A stretch of 64,000 nucleotides of DNA from Patescibacteria group bacterium (GTDB lineage Bacteria > Patescibacteriota > Patescibacteriia > PEXW01). The position numbers and the translations under genes were made by a program. This document shows positions 37,978 through 47,400 of this stretch, piece by piece. The notes under the pieces were generated by a model, which saw only the letters and a list, made by a program, of their open reading frames with translations, was not told the origin of the DNA and searched no databases. Numbering within the stretch: position 1 is the first letter of the stretch; each line of letters begins with the position of its first letter. The stretch spans positions 521,206 to 585,205 of the forward strand of contig JBAYJA010000001.1 in NCBI GenBank assembly GCA_041665345.1, read 5' to 3'.

Positions 37978-38289
37978 ATGACCAAACCAAAAATCTCCGG
38001 CGGTGTCGCCCACAAAATGCCCTTGGATTTGCAGAAAGCTCTGCTTGCTGACAAAGCTGCTTTGCATTTGTGGGAAGACATTACCCCGCTGGCCCGGAAT
38101 GAGTGGATTTGCTGGGTGGAATTTGTGAAGTCACCAGAGAAGCGGAAGGAGCATATTGTACGTGTGGTTTCCGAGCTTAAAGAGGGGATGCGCCGACCGT
38201 GCTGTTGGATTGGGTGTACGCACCGGAAAGATAAAAAAATAAGCCCATCAGTCAAAGGGATACTTTTGAAACGGGGATATAAAGTTTAG
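37978..38289 (+). CDS. YdeI/OmpD-associated family protein
   Basis: The LDLQKALLADKAALHLWEDITPLARNEWICWV pattern is typical of the YdeI-like bacteriocin-protection family. Confidence 0.55.
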   Translation: MTKPKISGGVAHKMPLDLQKALLADKAALHLWEDITPLARNEWICWVEFVKSPEKRKEHIVRVVSELKEGMRRPCCWIGCTHRKDKKISPSVKGILLKRGYKV

Positions 38290-38296
38290 GGGTATA

Positions 38297-38311
38297 CCCC
38301 CACACCAAATT
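38297..38311. repeat. Left 15-bp inverted repeat (cccccacaccaaatt)
   Basis: Perfect reverse complement of 38565-38579. Confidence 0.85.
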
Positions 38312-38566
38312 ATGTTTTATCTTTATATCTTAAAAAGTCACAAGGATAATAAGCTGTATATTGGATCAACGAATGACCTTCGACGACGCTTTAAGGAGCA
38401 CAATGAAGGTAAAGTCTTTTCGACGAAAAGCAGACGACCATTTGAGATCGTATACTATGAGGCATATAAGGCCGAAAAAGACGCGCGTCATAGAGAGGTA
38501 AATGTAAAATTACGTAGTCGTGCCTTTACGCAATTGAAGAAGCGAATTGGAAATAGTCTAGAGTAA
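38312..38566 (+). CDS. GIY-YIG nuclease family protein (UPF0213/YhbQ-like)
   Basis: FYLYILKS...LYIGSTNDLRRRFKEHNEG. AT-rich coding. Confidence 0.75.
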   Translation: MFYLYILKSHKDNKLYIGSTNDLRRRFKEHNEGKVFSTKSRRPFEIVYYEAYKAEKDARHREVNVKLRSRAFTQLKKRIGNSLE

Positions 38567-38579
38567 TTTGGTGTGGGGG
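38565..38579. repeat. Right 15-bp inverted repeat (aatttggtgtggggg)
   Basis: Overlaps the stop codon of the GIY-YIG gene. Confidence 0.85.
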
Positions 38580-38700
38580 CAAGCAGAAGTGGATTCTTGG
38601 GAAAAAGAAGTAATAAAGTTGCGGTGGAGAATAATAACCCCACTGAAATAGACAGGGTATATTTTGATTCCTAGGGGGCGTGTTCATTTTACCTGCACGC

Positions 38701-38729
38701 TTGACATTCTTTACTTTCCATGATAGTGT
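38701..38729 (+). promoter_or_regulatory. Candidate sigma70-type promoter
   Basis: TTGACA, a 17-nt spacer, then TAGTGT. GGAGG SD before the ATG at 38772. Confidence 0.4.
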
Positions 38730-38771
38730 AGTAGATCAAAAATACATTACATTGAAATAATTGGAGGTTTT

Positions 38772-39119
38772 ATGTTCGGATCAATGCGCTACCCGGAGGG
38801 ACTACATAAGCCCGAACGAGGTGGGGAAGTGGATTGGCATGTCTGGTGCAACACAGGCGCACAAGAGATTCTTCGGACAGAAGAGTATGCGGAGAAAATT
38901 TCTGCAAATCCTGCCTATAAGTGGGTAGTAAGTTTTGCCAATGCTTCTGCTGCACGCATTTTTCCCGGCCATCCAATGTGGGAATTGCTGACAAGCATAG
39001 CCAAAACGTACAAAGTGGAAGTATTTCAACTCACTTTGGAGGGCGGGTATGTTCCTTGGCACGGAGGATCTGGTGATCTCCGCGAGTTTGATGGGATTAA
39101 AATTAGTGCGCTCGGCTAG
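38772..39119 (+). CDS. Hypothetical protein
   Basis: 115 aa. Confidence 0.45.
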   Translation: MFGSMRYPEGLHKPERGGEVDWHVWCNTGAQEILRTEEYAEKISANPAYKWVVSFANASAARIFPGHPMWELLTSIAKTYKVEVFQLTLEGGYVPWHGGSGDLREFDGIKISALG

Positions 39120-39137
39120 CACATTGCAAGAGGTACA

Positions 39138-39176
39138 AAGGCACAACTACGGTTGTGCCTTTTTGCATATTTTTAG
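39138..39176 (+). terminator. Rho-independent terminator
   Basis: aggcacaactacggttgtgcct followed by ttttt. Confidence 0.65.
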
Positions 39177-39326
39177 ACATCTGGTACGCTAATACACATT
39201 GGATCCATACTCTTGCCCTGCCCTTGGGATGCGTAAAAAAGAGTCCAATTTCTACTCAACAAGGGCCCCAATCATCCAACTAGTCAGGTCGAGTGGATGA
39301 TCTTCGCTCACTAACTCTACCCACAT

Positions 39327-39521
39327 ATGGACCAAGAAGCAGAGTTCAAGAGTACCCACGGCGGTATGACGCCGCAAGAGGAGTACTGGGTGAACCATAA
39401 AGGGCGACGGTGGAGATGGGATGAATGGGGCTCGCCAGTTGGCTTAAGCCTGGGCTGGGCACTCTTCATAATCCCCCTGGGGATATTCCTGTACTTCCTG
39501 CACCTCTCGGGCATTATCTAG
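39327..39521 (+). CDS. Small membrane protein
   Basis: 64 aa with a C-terminal TM helix. Confidence 0.35.
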   Translation: MDQEAEFKSTHGGMTPQEEYWVNHKGRRWRWDEWGSPVGLSLGWALFIIPLGIFLYFLHLSGII

Positions 39522-39540
39522 CATCGCAGTGGTAATGCAG

Positions 39541-39578
39541 AACCGACCTCCTTTGTAGGGGGTCGGTTTGCTTTTTTA
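39541..39578 (+). terminator. Rho-independent terminator
   Basis: aaccgacctcctttgtagggggtcggtt followed by a T6 run. Confidence 0.65.
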
Positions 39579-39667
39579 ACCAAGCCATTTCCATCCGGGT
39601 TGACACAACAGACAACCCATGGTACGGTCAGGTGTTAAAAAATCGAAACTGAAAGAAGGAGAAGTGC

Positions 39668-40063
39668 ATGCGTATTGCATACATTATGCGTGGTGTGTCT
39701 GGCAGCGGCAAGACCACGGTAGCAAAGCAGCTCATTCAAAATGGAGGGACAATCCACGCAACAGACAACTACTTCATGGTTGAGGGAGTGTATACGTTCG
39801 ACCCGGCGAAGCTTTCGGAATACCATGAACTAAACTTCCAGTCTTTTTCCGAAAGTCTGCAAGCAGGCGTGCCTGTCATTGTGTGTGACAATACGAACAT
39901 TCTGTATACACATTACCAACGGTACGTTGAGGCTGCTGAGCAGGCTGGCTACCTGGTTGCTATTGTGACCTTGCCGCACCCAGATCCGCAGCAAGCGGCT
40001 GAGCGTAACCTGCACGGTGTCCCTCTGTACGCCATCGACCGGCAAATCAGCCGTTTTGAGTAG
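39668..40063 (+). CDS. P-loop NTPase / small kinase (AAA_33-like)
   Basis: Walker A GVSGSGKTT. AAGGAG SD upstream. Confidence 0.55.
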   Translation: MRIAYIMRGVSGSGKTTVAKQLIQNGGTIHATDNYFMVEGVYTFDPAKLSEYHELNFQSFSESLQAGVPVIVCDNTNILYTHYQRYVEAAEQAGYLVAIVTLPHPDPQQAAERNLHGVPLYAIDRQISRFE

Positions 40064-40205
40064 TTCTAGTGGCTCTTCGATTTTATCGGGGAGCCTTTTC
40101 CATTTGCACTTTTGCCCGAAGGAAAGACCAAGAAGAGATGTGGCCACAAAGGAAGCGTTCAAAAATATTTTGAACAATCACAGAACGTACGCTATACTAC
40201 GGCTT

Positions 40206-41009
40206 ATGAAAAAAGCACACATGTTTTCCGTTCTGGTCGCTGTCGTTCTCCTGGGTACCGCGTGTAGTACACCCAGCCAGCAGATAAATGCCCCGGTTGC
40301 GAACACGAACACCAGCACATTTTCGAACACGAATGAGGGCACAAACACGAATACCGCTGTCACGACTGATCCCAACCAACCAGACCTCCTAATAAAGCAT
40401 CTGGGTTTGAACGTTGGTCCGTACGATTCAGCCACCAAAATGGCGGGAGATATCAAGTTTATCAAATCCAAGCTAGGGGGGACCGACCGGCCGCTGTCCG
40501 AATTTGGCTACATTATTCCAGGGGCAAATACCTCAACGCGGATGGATAAACCAAACCCACAACCAACTTTCAGCGCGCCACTAGGCACCAAAGTCCATGC
40601 TATTGTGGATGGCGAAGTCGTCCGTATTGAAACGCTGTACAGCAATGACTTCTCCATTATGCTTGCCTCATCACGCGAGAGTGAGTGGATCTACGAACTG
40701 GAACACGTCATCAAACCCGTCGTCAAGGTTGGCGATCACGTCAAGGCTGGCGACATCATCGCCGAGGTCAGTACTCACGACTCGCAGCACTATCCTGGTA
40801 TTGGCCTGGTAGAAATTGGGATTCTCCGTGGTGGCAACCCCCCACAGCACGTCTGCCCTTTCCAATATTTGGACCCAACCGTAAAAGTTGACCTTCAGCA
40901 GCGCATCAAAAATCTACAGGACGCGTGGGAAACGTATCGCGGAAATAAGAGCATCTACGGGACTGACCAGATTATTGGTTGCAAGAGCTTGGAGCCAATC
41001 CAAGGGTAA
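40206..41009 (+). CDS. Lipoprotein, N/T-rich linker family
   Basis: Lipobox LLGTAC and an N/T-rich linker. The C-terminal domain is related to the 49034 lipoprotein. Start chosen at the ATG at 40206. Confidence 0.55.
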   Translation: MKKAHMFSVLVAVVLLGTACSTPSQQINAPVANTNTSTFSNTNEGTNTNTAVTTDPNQPDLLIKHLGLNVGPYDSATKMAGDIKFIKSKLGGTDRPLSEFGYIIPGANTSTRMDKPNPQPTFSAPLGTKVHAIVDGEVVRIETLYSNDFSIMLASSRESEWIYELEHVIKPVVKVGDHVKAGDIIAEVSTHDSQHYPGIGLVEIGILRGGNPPQHVCPFQYLDPTVKVDLQQRIKNLQDAWETYRGNKSIYGTDQIIGCKSLEPIQG

Positions 41010-41020
41010 AACACTATCCT

Positions 41021-41503
41021 ATGAACCCACTAATGAAACCCATTACCCCACATCTGTGGTTTGATACGCCTGAGAAAGTGAAAGCCGCGGTTGAGTACTA
41101 TGTCTCGGTTTTTCCGAACTCCAAGACCCTCAGCTCCTACGTGCTGCACAACACACCCACGCCTGGCGGGGACACGTTTGTCTACGAATTTGCATTGAAC
41201 GGCCAGCGGTTCATCGCCATCAATGGTGGTGACCTGTTCAAGTTTAACGAAGCGATCTCCTTCATCATTACCTGTGAATCGCAAGAAGAGCTGGATGCCT
41301 ACTGGTCCAAACTCTCGGCCGTTCCGGCGTCTGAACAGTGTGGCTGGTGTAAGGACAAATTTGGATTGATTTGGCAAATCACGCCGGTGTATCTGGATGA
41401 GGTAATGTCCAGCGGGAATCAGGCGAAAATTGACCGTGTGACGCAAGCATTCTTACCAATGAAAAAGATTATCATTTCTGATCTGAAGAAAGCTGCAGAG
41501 TAA
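41021..41503 (+). CDS. VOC-family protein (PhnB / 3-demethylubiquinone-9 3-methyltransferase-domain-like)
   Basis: ITPHLWFDT...AVEYYVSVFPNS...GQRFIAINGG motifs. Confidence 0.6.
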   Translation: MNPLMKPITPHLWFDTPEKVKAAVEYYVSVFPNSKTLSSYVLHNTPTPGGDTFVYEFALNGQRFIAINGGDLFKFNEAISFIITCESQEELDAYWSKLSAVPASEQCGWCKDKFGLIWQITPVYLDEVMSSGNQAKIDRVTQAFLPMKKIIISDLKKAAE

Positions 41504-41507
41504 ACCC

Positions 41508-41927
41508 ATGCCCGAAATAAAGACCAAGAAGAACAAAGGCAGTGTGTCCAAGTTCATCCAGGCTGTCCCTGACGTGAAGCGGCGCAAAGATGCCCAGGTG
41601 TTGGTGAAAATGTTTGCTGAGGTGACGGGTAAAAAGCCAACTATGTGGGGCACGGCTATTGTGGGCTACGGCATGTTTCACTACAAGTCTGCGCGCAGCA
41701 CCCAAGAAGGTGATTGGCCGCTGAGTGCCTTTTCACCGCGGAAGCAGAATCTGACCTTGTACATCATGCATGGCCTGAAGCCGGCTGACCTAAAAAACCT
41801 GGGACCACATACCACGAGTAAAGGCTGTTTGTACATCAAACGGTTGTCTGATGTAAATCTCGTGGTCCTGAAAGCCGCGATTTTGAAGTCGTACAAGTTT
41901 ATGCAGAAGCAGTACCCACGGGGATAA
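41508..41927 (+). CDS. DUF1801 (YdhG-like) domain protein
   Basis: SVSKFIQAVPDVKRRKDAQVLVKMFAEVTG pattern. Confidence 0.55.
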   Translation: MPEIKTKKNKGSVSKFIQAVPDVKRRKDAQVLVKMFAEVTGKKPTMWGTAIVGYGMFHYKSARSTQEGDWPLSAFSPRKQNLTLYIMHGLKPADLKNLGPHTTSKGCLYIKRLSDVNLVVLKAAILKSYKFMQKQYPRG

Positions 41928-42020
41928 AGAACAAAATTCCCACCAAATCACTAGGAGTTTGTCGGGCAGGGGATTTTTTGGTATCGTAGACACATAGCTT
42001 CGTATTCAACAACCGACCAT

Positions 42021-42419
42021 ATGAAAATGTGCCCTGTGGTGCACTTCGAAATGCCTGCCGAAGATAAAAAGCGGATGACCGAGTTTTACACCAAAGTTTT
42101 TGGTTGGCAAACCCAGCAGCTGGGCAAGGAGATGGGGGAGTACGTGGTGGTTACCACCACGGAGACTGATGAAAATCGGATGGTGAAAGCACCTGGGACC
42201 ATCAACGGTGGTTTTTACCAAAAGACTGAGGACAAGCTTTCACAGTACCCGTCCATTGTCATTCAGGTGGATGATATCCAAGCGCATATGAAGATTGTGG
42301 AAGATGCCGGCGGAAAAATCTCTGGGAAGATGGAAGACATTCCCGGGATTGGGTTGTGGGCATCCATTATTGATTCCGAAGGCAACCGCATTAGCATGCT
42401 GCAGCCGCACAAGCGGTAA
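42021..42419 (+). CDS. VOC family / glyoxalase-bleomycin resistance fold protein
   Basis: HFEMPAEDKKRMTEFYTKVFGWQ and C-terminal ISMLQP. Confidence 0.65.
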   Translation: MKMCPVVHFEMPAEDKKRMTEFYTKVFGWQTQQLGKEMGEYVVVTTTETDENRMVKAPGTINGGFYQKTEDKLSQYPSIVIQVDDIQAHMKIVEDAGGKISGKMEDIPGIGLWASIIDSEGNRISMLQPHKR

Positions 42420-42454
42420 CGATTGAAAAACGTTTTGCTTCTTTTGAGCCGCGG

Positions 42455-42530
42455 GGTGCCCCAACCAGTTGTTTGCAGATTCCCATCGCTGCAACTGGCC
42501 CACCCCCGGCTCTTTTTTGTGAAGAAAAAA
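42455..42530 (+). terminator. Compound (nested-hairpin) rho-independent terminator, paralogous to 43535-43607
   Basis: Outer ggggtg/cacccc stem, inner ccagttg/caactgg stem, then cggctcttttttgtg. Confidence 0.55.
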
Positions 42531-42663
42531 AGCAGAAGGTTAGTTCCAAAACTTTTTCCCGCTGTGGTAGAGCGTTGACTAAACGCCAAGGCAAGTTTGA
42601 GGATTTTTGGGTTGTATGAATTATCCATAGTGTAAATTTACGAAAGAATTGAAGCCCGAGCGA

Positions 42664-42702
42664 AGTAGATTGGAAAAATAAAAAGAAGCCCAGGCGAAGT
42701 TT
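42664..42702 (-). terminator. Rho-independent terminator for STAS gene
   Basis: aagcccaggcgaagtttcgtcgggctt preceded by an A-run, giving a T-run on the minus strand. Confidence 0.55.
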
Positions 42703-42739
42703 CGTCGGGCTTGTTTGGTATAAAACCGTAAGTGATGAG

Positions 42740-43108
42740 TTATGCAGAAGCGGAAAGGGAACGGTGCAGCACCTCTGCTGCCTTTTCTGCAGAAGGGTAG
42801 ATATACACTTCCTTATTCAAGAATGCGCATGCTAGTTGTATAAGGAGCGGGTGTTCACCACCAAGCGTGAGGGCAAGTTTCTGCTTTTTGTTGCCCAGGA
42901 GCTTGTGGATCAAAATGAGCTTGCCCACCGCATAGTCGCTAATGGCTGTAACGCCTGTCAGGTTTACGAGATGCAGGGTATACTCGTTTGCCTCATTCGT
43001 TATGGCGAAATCAAGTATATCCGCAACATAGTCATTAATGGCTCCTGTTAGCGTGTACTCCATAATATCCCGGTCGCGTACCTGCTGGACTAGTTGTTTA
43101 GGGTTCAT
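42740..43108 (-). CDS. STAS-domain protein (anti-sigma-factor antagonist-like)
   Basis: 122 aa with a STAS-like pattern. Overlaps the PadR gene by 11 nt, suggesting an operon. Confidence 0.5.
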   Translation of the reverse strand: MNPKQLVQQVRDRDIMEYTLTGAINDYVADILDFAITNEANEYTLHLVNLTGVTAISDYAVGKLILIHKLLGNKKQKLALTLGGEHPLLIQLACAFLNKEVYIYPSAEKAAEVLHRSLSASA

Positions 43109-43424
43109 TTTTCCTCACTTTTTTTGATGCCTTTGCAATTATCTCAAGTGATGCCTGAGTGATTCTTTGCCCTTTTTTTGTAAGTGCAAAATACGTTTTT
43201 GCACGACCACCACGTGTTGGGGTAGGTTGTCTCGTTTGCTTCGACAGCATTCCTTTTTTCACAAGCCGATTGAGGGTTGTGTATAGCGCGCCGACAGTTG
43301 GCATGTTTGCGAACTTGCCGATGTCTTCGCGGATGCTTATGCCGTAAGCGTTTTTGTTGTTTCGCATAACGGCAAGCATCACCAGCAATTCAAAACGTAT
43401 AAAGTGCATTTTTTTGATTTTCAT
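43098..43424 (-). CDS. PadR family transcriptional regulator
   Basis: Winged-helix signature ISIREDIGKFANMPTVGALYTTLNRLVKKG. Confidence 0.7.
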   Translation of the reverse strand: MKIKKMHFIRFELLVMLAVMRNNKNAYGISIREDIGKFANMPTVGALYTTLNRLVKKGMLSKQTRQPTPTRGGRAKTYFALTKKGQRITQASLEIIAKASKKVRKNEP

Positions 43425-43534
43425 TTTTCCTCTTTTGGAAATGCGTGATATTCAAATCATTTTATAATAGTAAGGCTAGCCCGTCAATACTATCTTATTG
43501 ATTGCCTGAATCTTGCGTAAGCACAGGGGTTGGA

Positions 43535-43607
43535 GCTTTCCCAGAAGTTGAGAACCGTACGGTACGATTGCTACAGCTGGCTCACCCCCGGCGCTTTTTG
43601 TGAAAAA
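43535..43607 (+). ncRNA. Candidate small RNA 3' end / terminator-like element, paralogous to 42455-42530
   Basis: ggggttggagc...gctcacccccggcgcttttt. No upstream + strand CDS. Confidence 0.3.
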
Positions 43608-43670
43608 ATACCCCGGTAGTTGGTGTCTACCGGGGGCTGCATCCCATATTCTACAAGGTTGAAAGGCTCC
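43604..43670 (+). repeat. Hairpin repeat unit A (aaaataccccggtag-loop-ctaccgggggctgcatcccatat...)
   Basis: Perfect 9-bp stem. Related to unit B. Confidence 0.6.
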
Positions 43671-43767
43671 CACAGCTGGAGTCCAAATACAGTCTGTGCG
43701 TCAATGGAGCCAAAAATACGGAATGAACAGGTTTTCAGTGTAGCAAAGTGCTTTCCTATGTCAAGAA

Positions 43768-43833
43768 CAAAATACCCCAGTAGCAAGCTACCGGGGCTGC
43801 CTTCCACATATGTAGAGGCTGATAGACACCCAC
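43768..43833 (+). repeat. Hairpin repeat unit B (aaaataccccagtag-loop-ctaccggggctgccttccacatat...)
   Basis: About 75% identical to unit A over about 65 nt. Confidence 0.6.
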
Positions 43834-43957
43834 ACAGGGTCAGTGCAAAGACGTACCTGTGCTTTGGGCGCCTAAACGAAAAATATGACAGATATAGGAC
43901 TTCGGCTTTGTATTCCTTTCGCCTGCAGTCAGAGGTACACAACCCAGCTACGGAGAT

Positions 43958-44296
43958 TTAGCGCGTCTGCCTGCGGTTTTTCGTGATATCCACCAATGCA
44001 GCCTTGGCTCGAGTGCCGCAGCTTCGAATGAGGACGTCCAAGGGCTTTTTGAGGAGTTCCAGAACCGTCTCCGGTGTTGGTGCTTGATCCAGCATACGCA
44101 AGGTTTTCGTGCTTTTTTGCTGGGTAGCGTAGGCCAGCCAGACGCAACCGCAGGTTGGACTTTCCCCCCGAACCGCGGCGTAGTGCGTGAAGGATGGATC
44201 TACATCATTGGGATGTACTCCTTCCAATTCTCGCAGGTCGTACCACGTTGTCACCGCGTGCAGAATAGTACCGTGCCGGGGGCAGAATATTTTCAT
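43958..44296 (-). CDS. Hypothetical protein
   Basis: ORF on the minus strand. Start chosen at the internal ATG (MKIFCPRHG). Confidence 0.35.
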   Translation of the reverse strand: MKIFCPRHGTILHAVTTWYDLRELEGVHPNDVDPSFTHYAAVRGESPTCGCVWLAYATQQKSTKTLRMLDQAPTPETVLELLKKPLDVLIRSCGTRAKAALVDITKNRRQTR

Positions 44297-44416
44297 TTTC
44301 AAATTTGGTTTTCGCATGCGCAATCTCCTTTTGTTTCTGTCTTTTGCATTCACTCTAGGTCGAGTTTTAGGCTTCTGTCAACGTCGTTTGCTCAGGCTTG
44401 ATTCTTCCGCAGGGGT

Positions 44417-47400
44417 ATGGCACCATGGGGCTACAGTGAAGGTGAACTATCACCTGAACATGTTTTTTCTCCGCTTACTGAATACCATATGGAAAATCCA
44501 GGGCAGCAGGCCGGTTCGTTTAAAGAGCATCCGTTCGATTGGAACGCGAAACTTGTCCGGTACTTCTTGCACAACTCCCGGCTGGTGTGGGTCATTATTG
44601 GCGCCATTGTTATTGGCGGACTTTTTGCTTTAGTACACTTTCAGCGCCAAGGCTTTCCTCAGGTAAGTCCGAAAATAGTCTTGGTGCAGACACTTTTTCC
44701 TGGAGCCACGGCAGAGGAAATGGAACGGCAGGTGACAAGCGTGATTGAGGCGGCGGTGAAAGATGTCAAAGGCCTGAAAGAAACGTCCTCAACGTCTGCC
44801 AACAGTTTTTCTAATGTTGTGGTTACCTTGGAAGAATCGGTGAATTTGGATACCGCCACCCAAGACGTGCAATCCAAAGTCCAGGCGATCCAGGCCGAGT
44901 TGCCAGACGATGCTGAGGCGCCAAAAGTAGAGACGTTCTCCACCAGTGGCCCAGCCTTCATCTTCGGTATTACGCACGAGAGCCAAAAGATAGACACGAT
45001 TCGTCAGGTTGCTAGTGACGTCATCCATGCATTGAGCGATGTCCCAGGAGTGAAGTCTGTCACGCTGGCTGCTGATGCCCCGGAGCAGATTCACATTACC
45101 TTTGATCCAGCAAAGATGTCGCAGGCTGGGGTCAACCTGCAAATTCTCCAGCTGGCACTCCAGGGCGCGAACGTCAATTTTCCTGCCGGCACTTTGGATT
45201 TGGATGGGAAAGCGCAGTCCATCGTAACGATTGGCGCCTATAGCAGATTGGAAGATATTTCGAATTTGCTTTTGGGTGTAAACCCGCAAACCAAGCAGCC
45301 GATTCGGGTTCAAGATATTGCCAAGGTCACCCGGGGTTTTGCAACCGAGGAAAACATTGATCGGTTTGGGTACATTACCAATAATCAGCTCGTGAGCCGG
45401 CCTGGTGTACTGGTGAATATTATGGTGACGAATGATGCTGATGTCATTAAAACCAAGGCCGCCATTGATGCCCACCTGGCAGAAATGCGAGACGCAAACA
45501 CATTGGCGAAAGAGGTGGACGTGGTTGAGCTCAGCGACACGGCGCGTGACACGAAGAACCAGATAGGCGAAATTTTAGATGGCGCAGTTGGATCGCCAGC
45601 CAATGCGTACTTCCTTGGGGGGATTCAGCTCCTTTTCCTGGTCATGCTGGTGTTTGTGAACTGGCGTACTGCCATTGTGGCCGCCTTGGCCATTCCGCTG
45701 TCCATGCTCTTCACGTTCACGGCTTTGGCCATCACTGGCACGCAGCTGAACACCATAGTGTTATTCTCTCTCATTTTGGTGCTGGGGTTAATTGTGGACC
45801 CAGCGATCATCATGATTGAGGCTATTCAACGCTACCGGGATCTGCAGCATAGTGCTACGGATGCCGTGTTGGAATCTGGCCGACGGTATGGCGCGTCACT
45901 GTTCATGGCGGTGCTAGCGTCCATCATTGTCTTCCTGCCCTTTGGAGTAGTGTCTGGTATCTTTGGGGAAATTATTACGTACATTCCGCTTACTGTCATT
46001 CCCGCGCTTATTGCCTCGTACCTCATCCCCATTGCCATTCTGCCCATGCTTTCCAAGTGGCTCATGCGGCCGCGGCGGGTGAAAGCCGGGGATCAGGCTA
46101 TAGCTGCCGAAGATGAAGGACTGTGGCCTGTTGCCCGCTGGTTCATGTCCGTAAGCCAAAAGTTGTTGAAAGCAAAGTGGCGGCAGATTACGACTATTGT
46201 CGTGGCACTCATTTTAGTCATGGCCTCAGTCTCTATTGTGGGCTCTGGCAAAGTGCAAGTGGTGCAATTTTCCAAAGCGAATGATAATCCTTACATTTCT
46301 ATTGATGCACGCTTTACCAAAGGGTTGACTTTCGCTGATCGGTCGGCCACAGGTACTGCCCTGGAAGCGCTTTTGCTGGACGAGCCAGGAGTGGCAAAAT
46401 TTTTCTACTACCAGCAGAGCCGGGATAACCTTTTCCTCTTCGCTGAACTACAAGCGAAAGCCGAACGGGATGCGGAGAATACTAGTAAAAAGATTGTGGA
46501 GCGTTTGAAAGCAAATGTTGCAGCTGTGCCGCACTTGGATGATGTGCTGGTGGGTGAGCTGGGCGTGGGTCCACCTGAAGCGGACTACCAAATCCAGGTT
46601 CAGTTGAATGATAATGACCCGACGATTCTGGAAAAAGCCGCGGTGGATATTGGCAACCACCTGCGCTCGTTGGAGCACATTATCCGGGTGGATGATGGCT
46701 ACACCGGGAAAGGCGAATCCGAAGTTCGGGTGACTCTGGATCGGACGAAAGTGCAAGTAGCGGGTTTGTCCAGCTTTGAAATTGGCCAACAGCTGAAAGC
46801 AGTAATCGGTGAAACCACGGTGACCAAGTTCACGGGCGAAGGTGGCTCAGCCGACGTCATTTTGAAGAACGGGGCTGTACCCAAAGACTTGGAAGCCATC
46901 CGCAACCTGCCACTGGTTAGTAGCCGCACAGGCCAAACGGTCCGCGTTCGTGACGTGGCGACGGTGCAGCAAGAATCAACAGTCAGTGCTATCCAGCGGT
47001 TTGACGGTCTGCGCTACGTCAGCGTCCGGGCCCGGATTGATGACAGCAAGAACTTGGTGGCCGTCCAGCAGAAGCTGAACGACTACCTGACCGATGAGAA
47101 GTTGGAGCAGTTGGGGATTGATAGCCGAGATTCCCGTGGAGACTTTGACGACATTGCCAAGTCATTCAAAGACTTGGGCATGGCGCTGGCTGCGGCCATT
47201 CTGCTCACCTACATTTTCCTGGTGCTGCAGTTCAAGTCCTTTTCTCAGCCGCTCATCATGCTCATCACCGTGCCGCTTTCGCTCACCGGCGTCTTCCCGG
47301 CGCTGCTACTCACCGGGTCTGACCTAGGCTTCCTGGAAGTGCTTGGCGTTACTATTCTGGTGGGGATTGTGGTAAGTGTAGGTATCTTCCTCATGGACTA

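Noticed and set aside
43571-43961. ORFs 43571-43942 (-) and 43620-43961 (+) as protein-coding
   Set aside because: They overlap each other on opposite strands. They are low-complexity and Cys- or Ser-rich without any motif. The region is better explained by repeated RNA hairpins.
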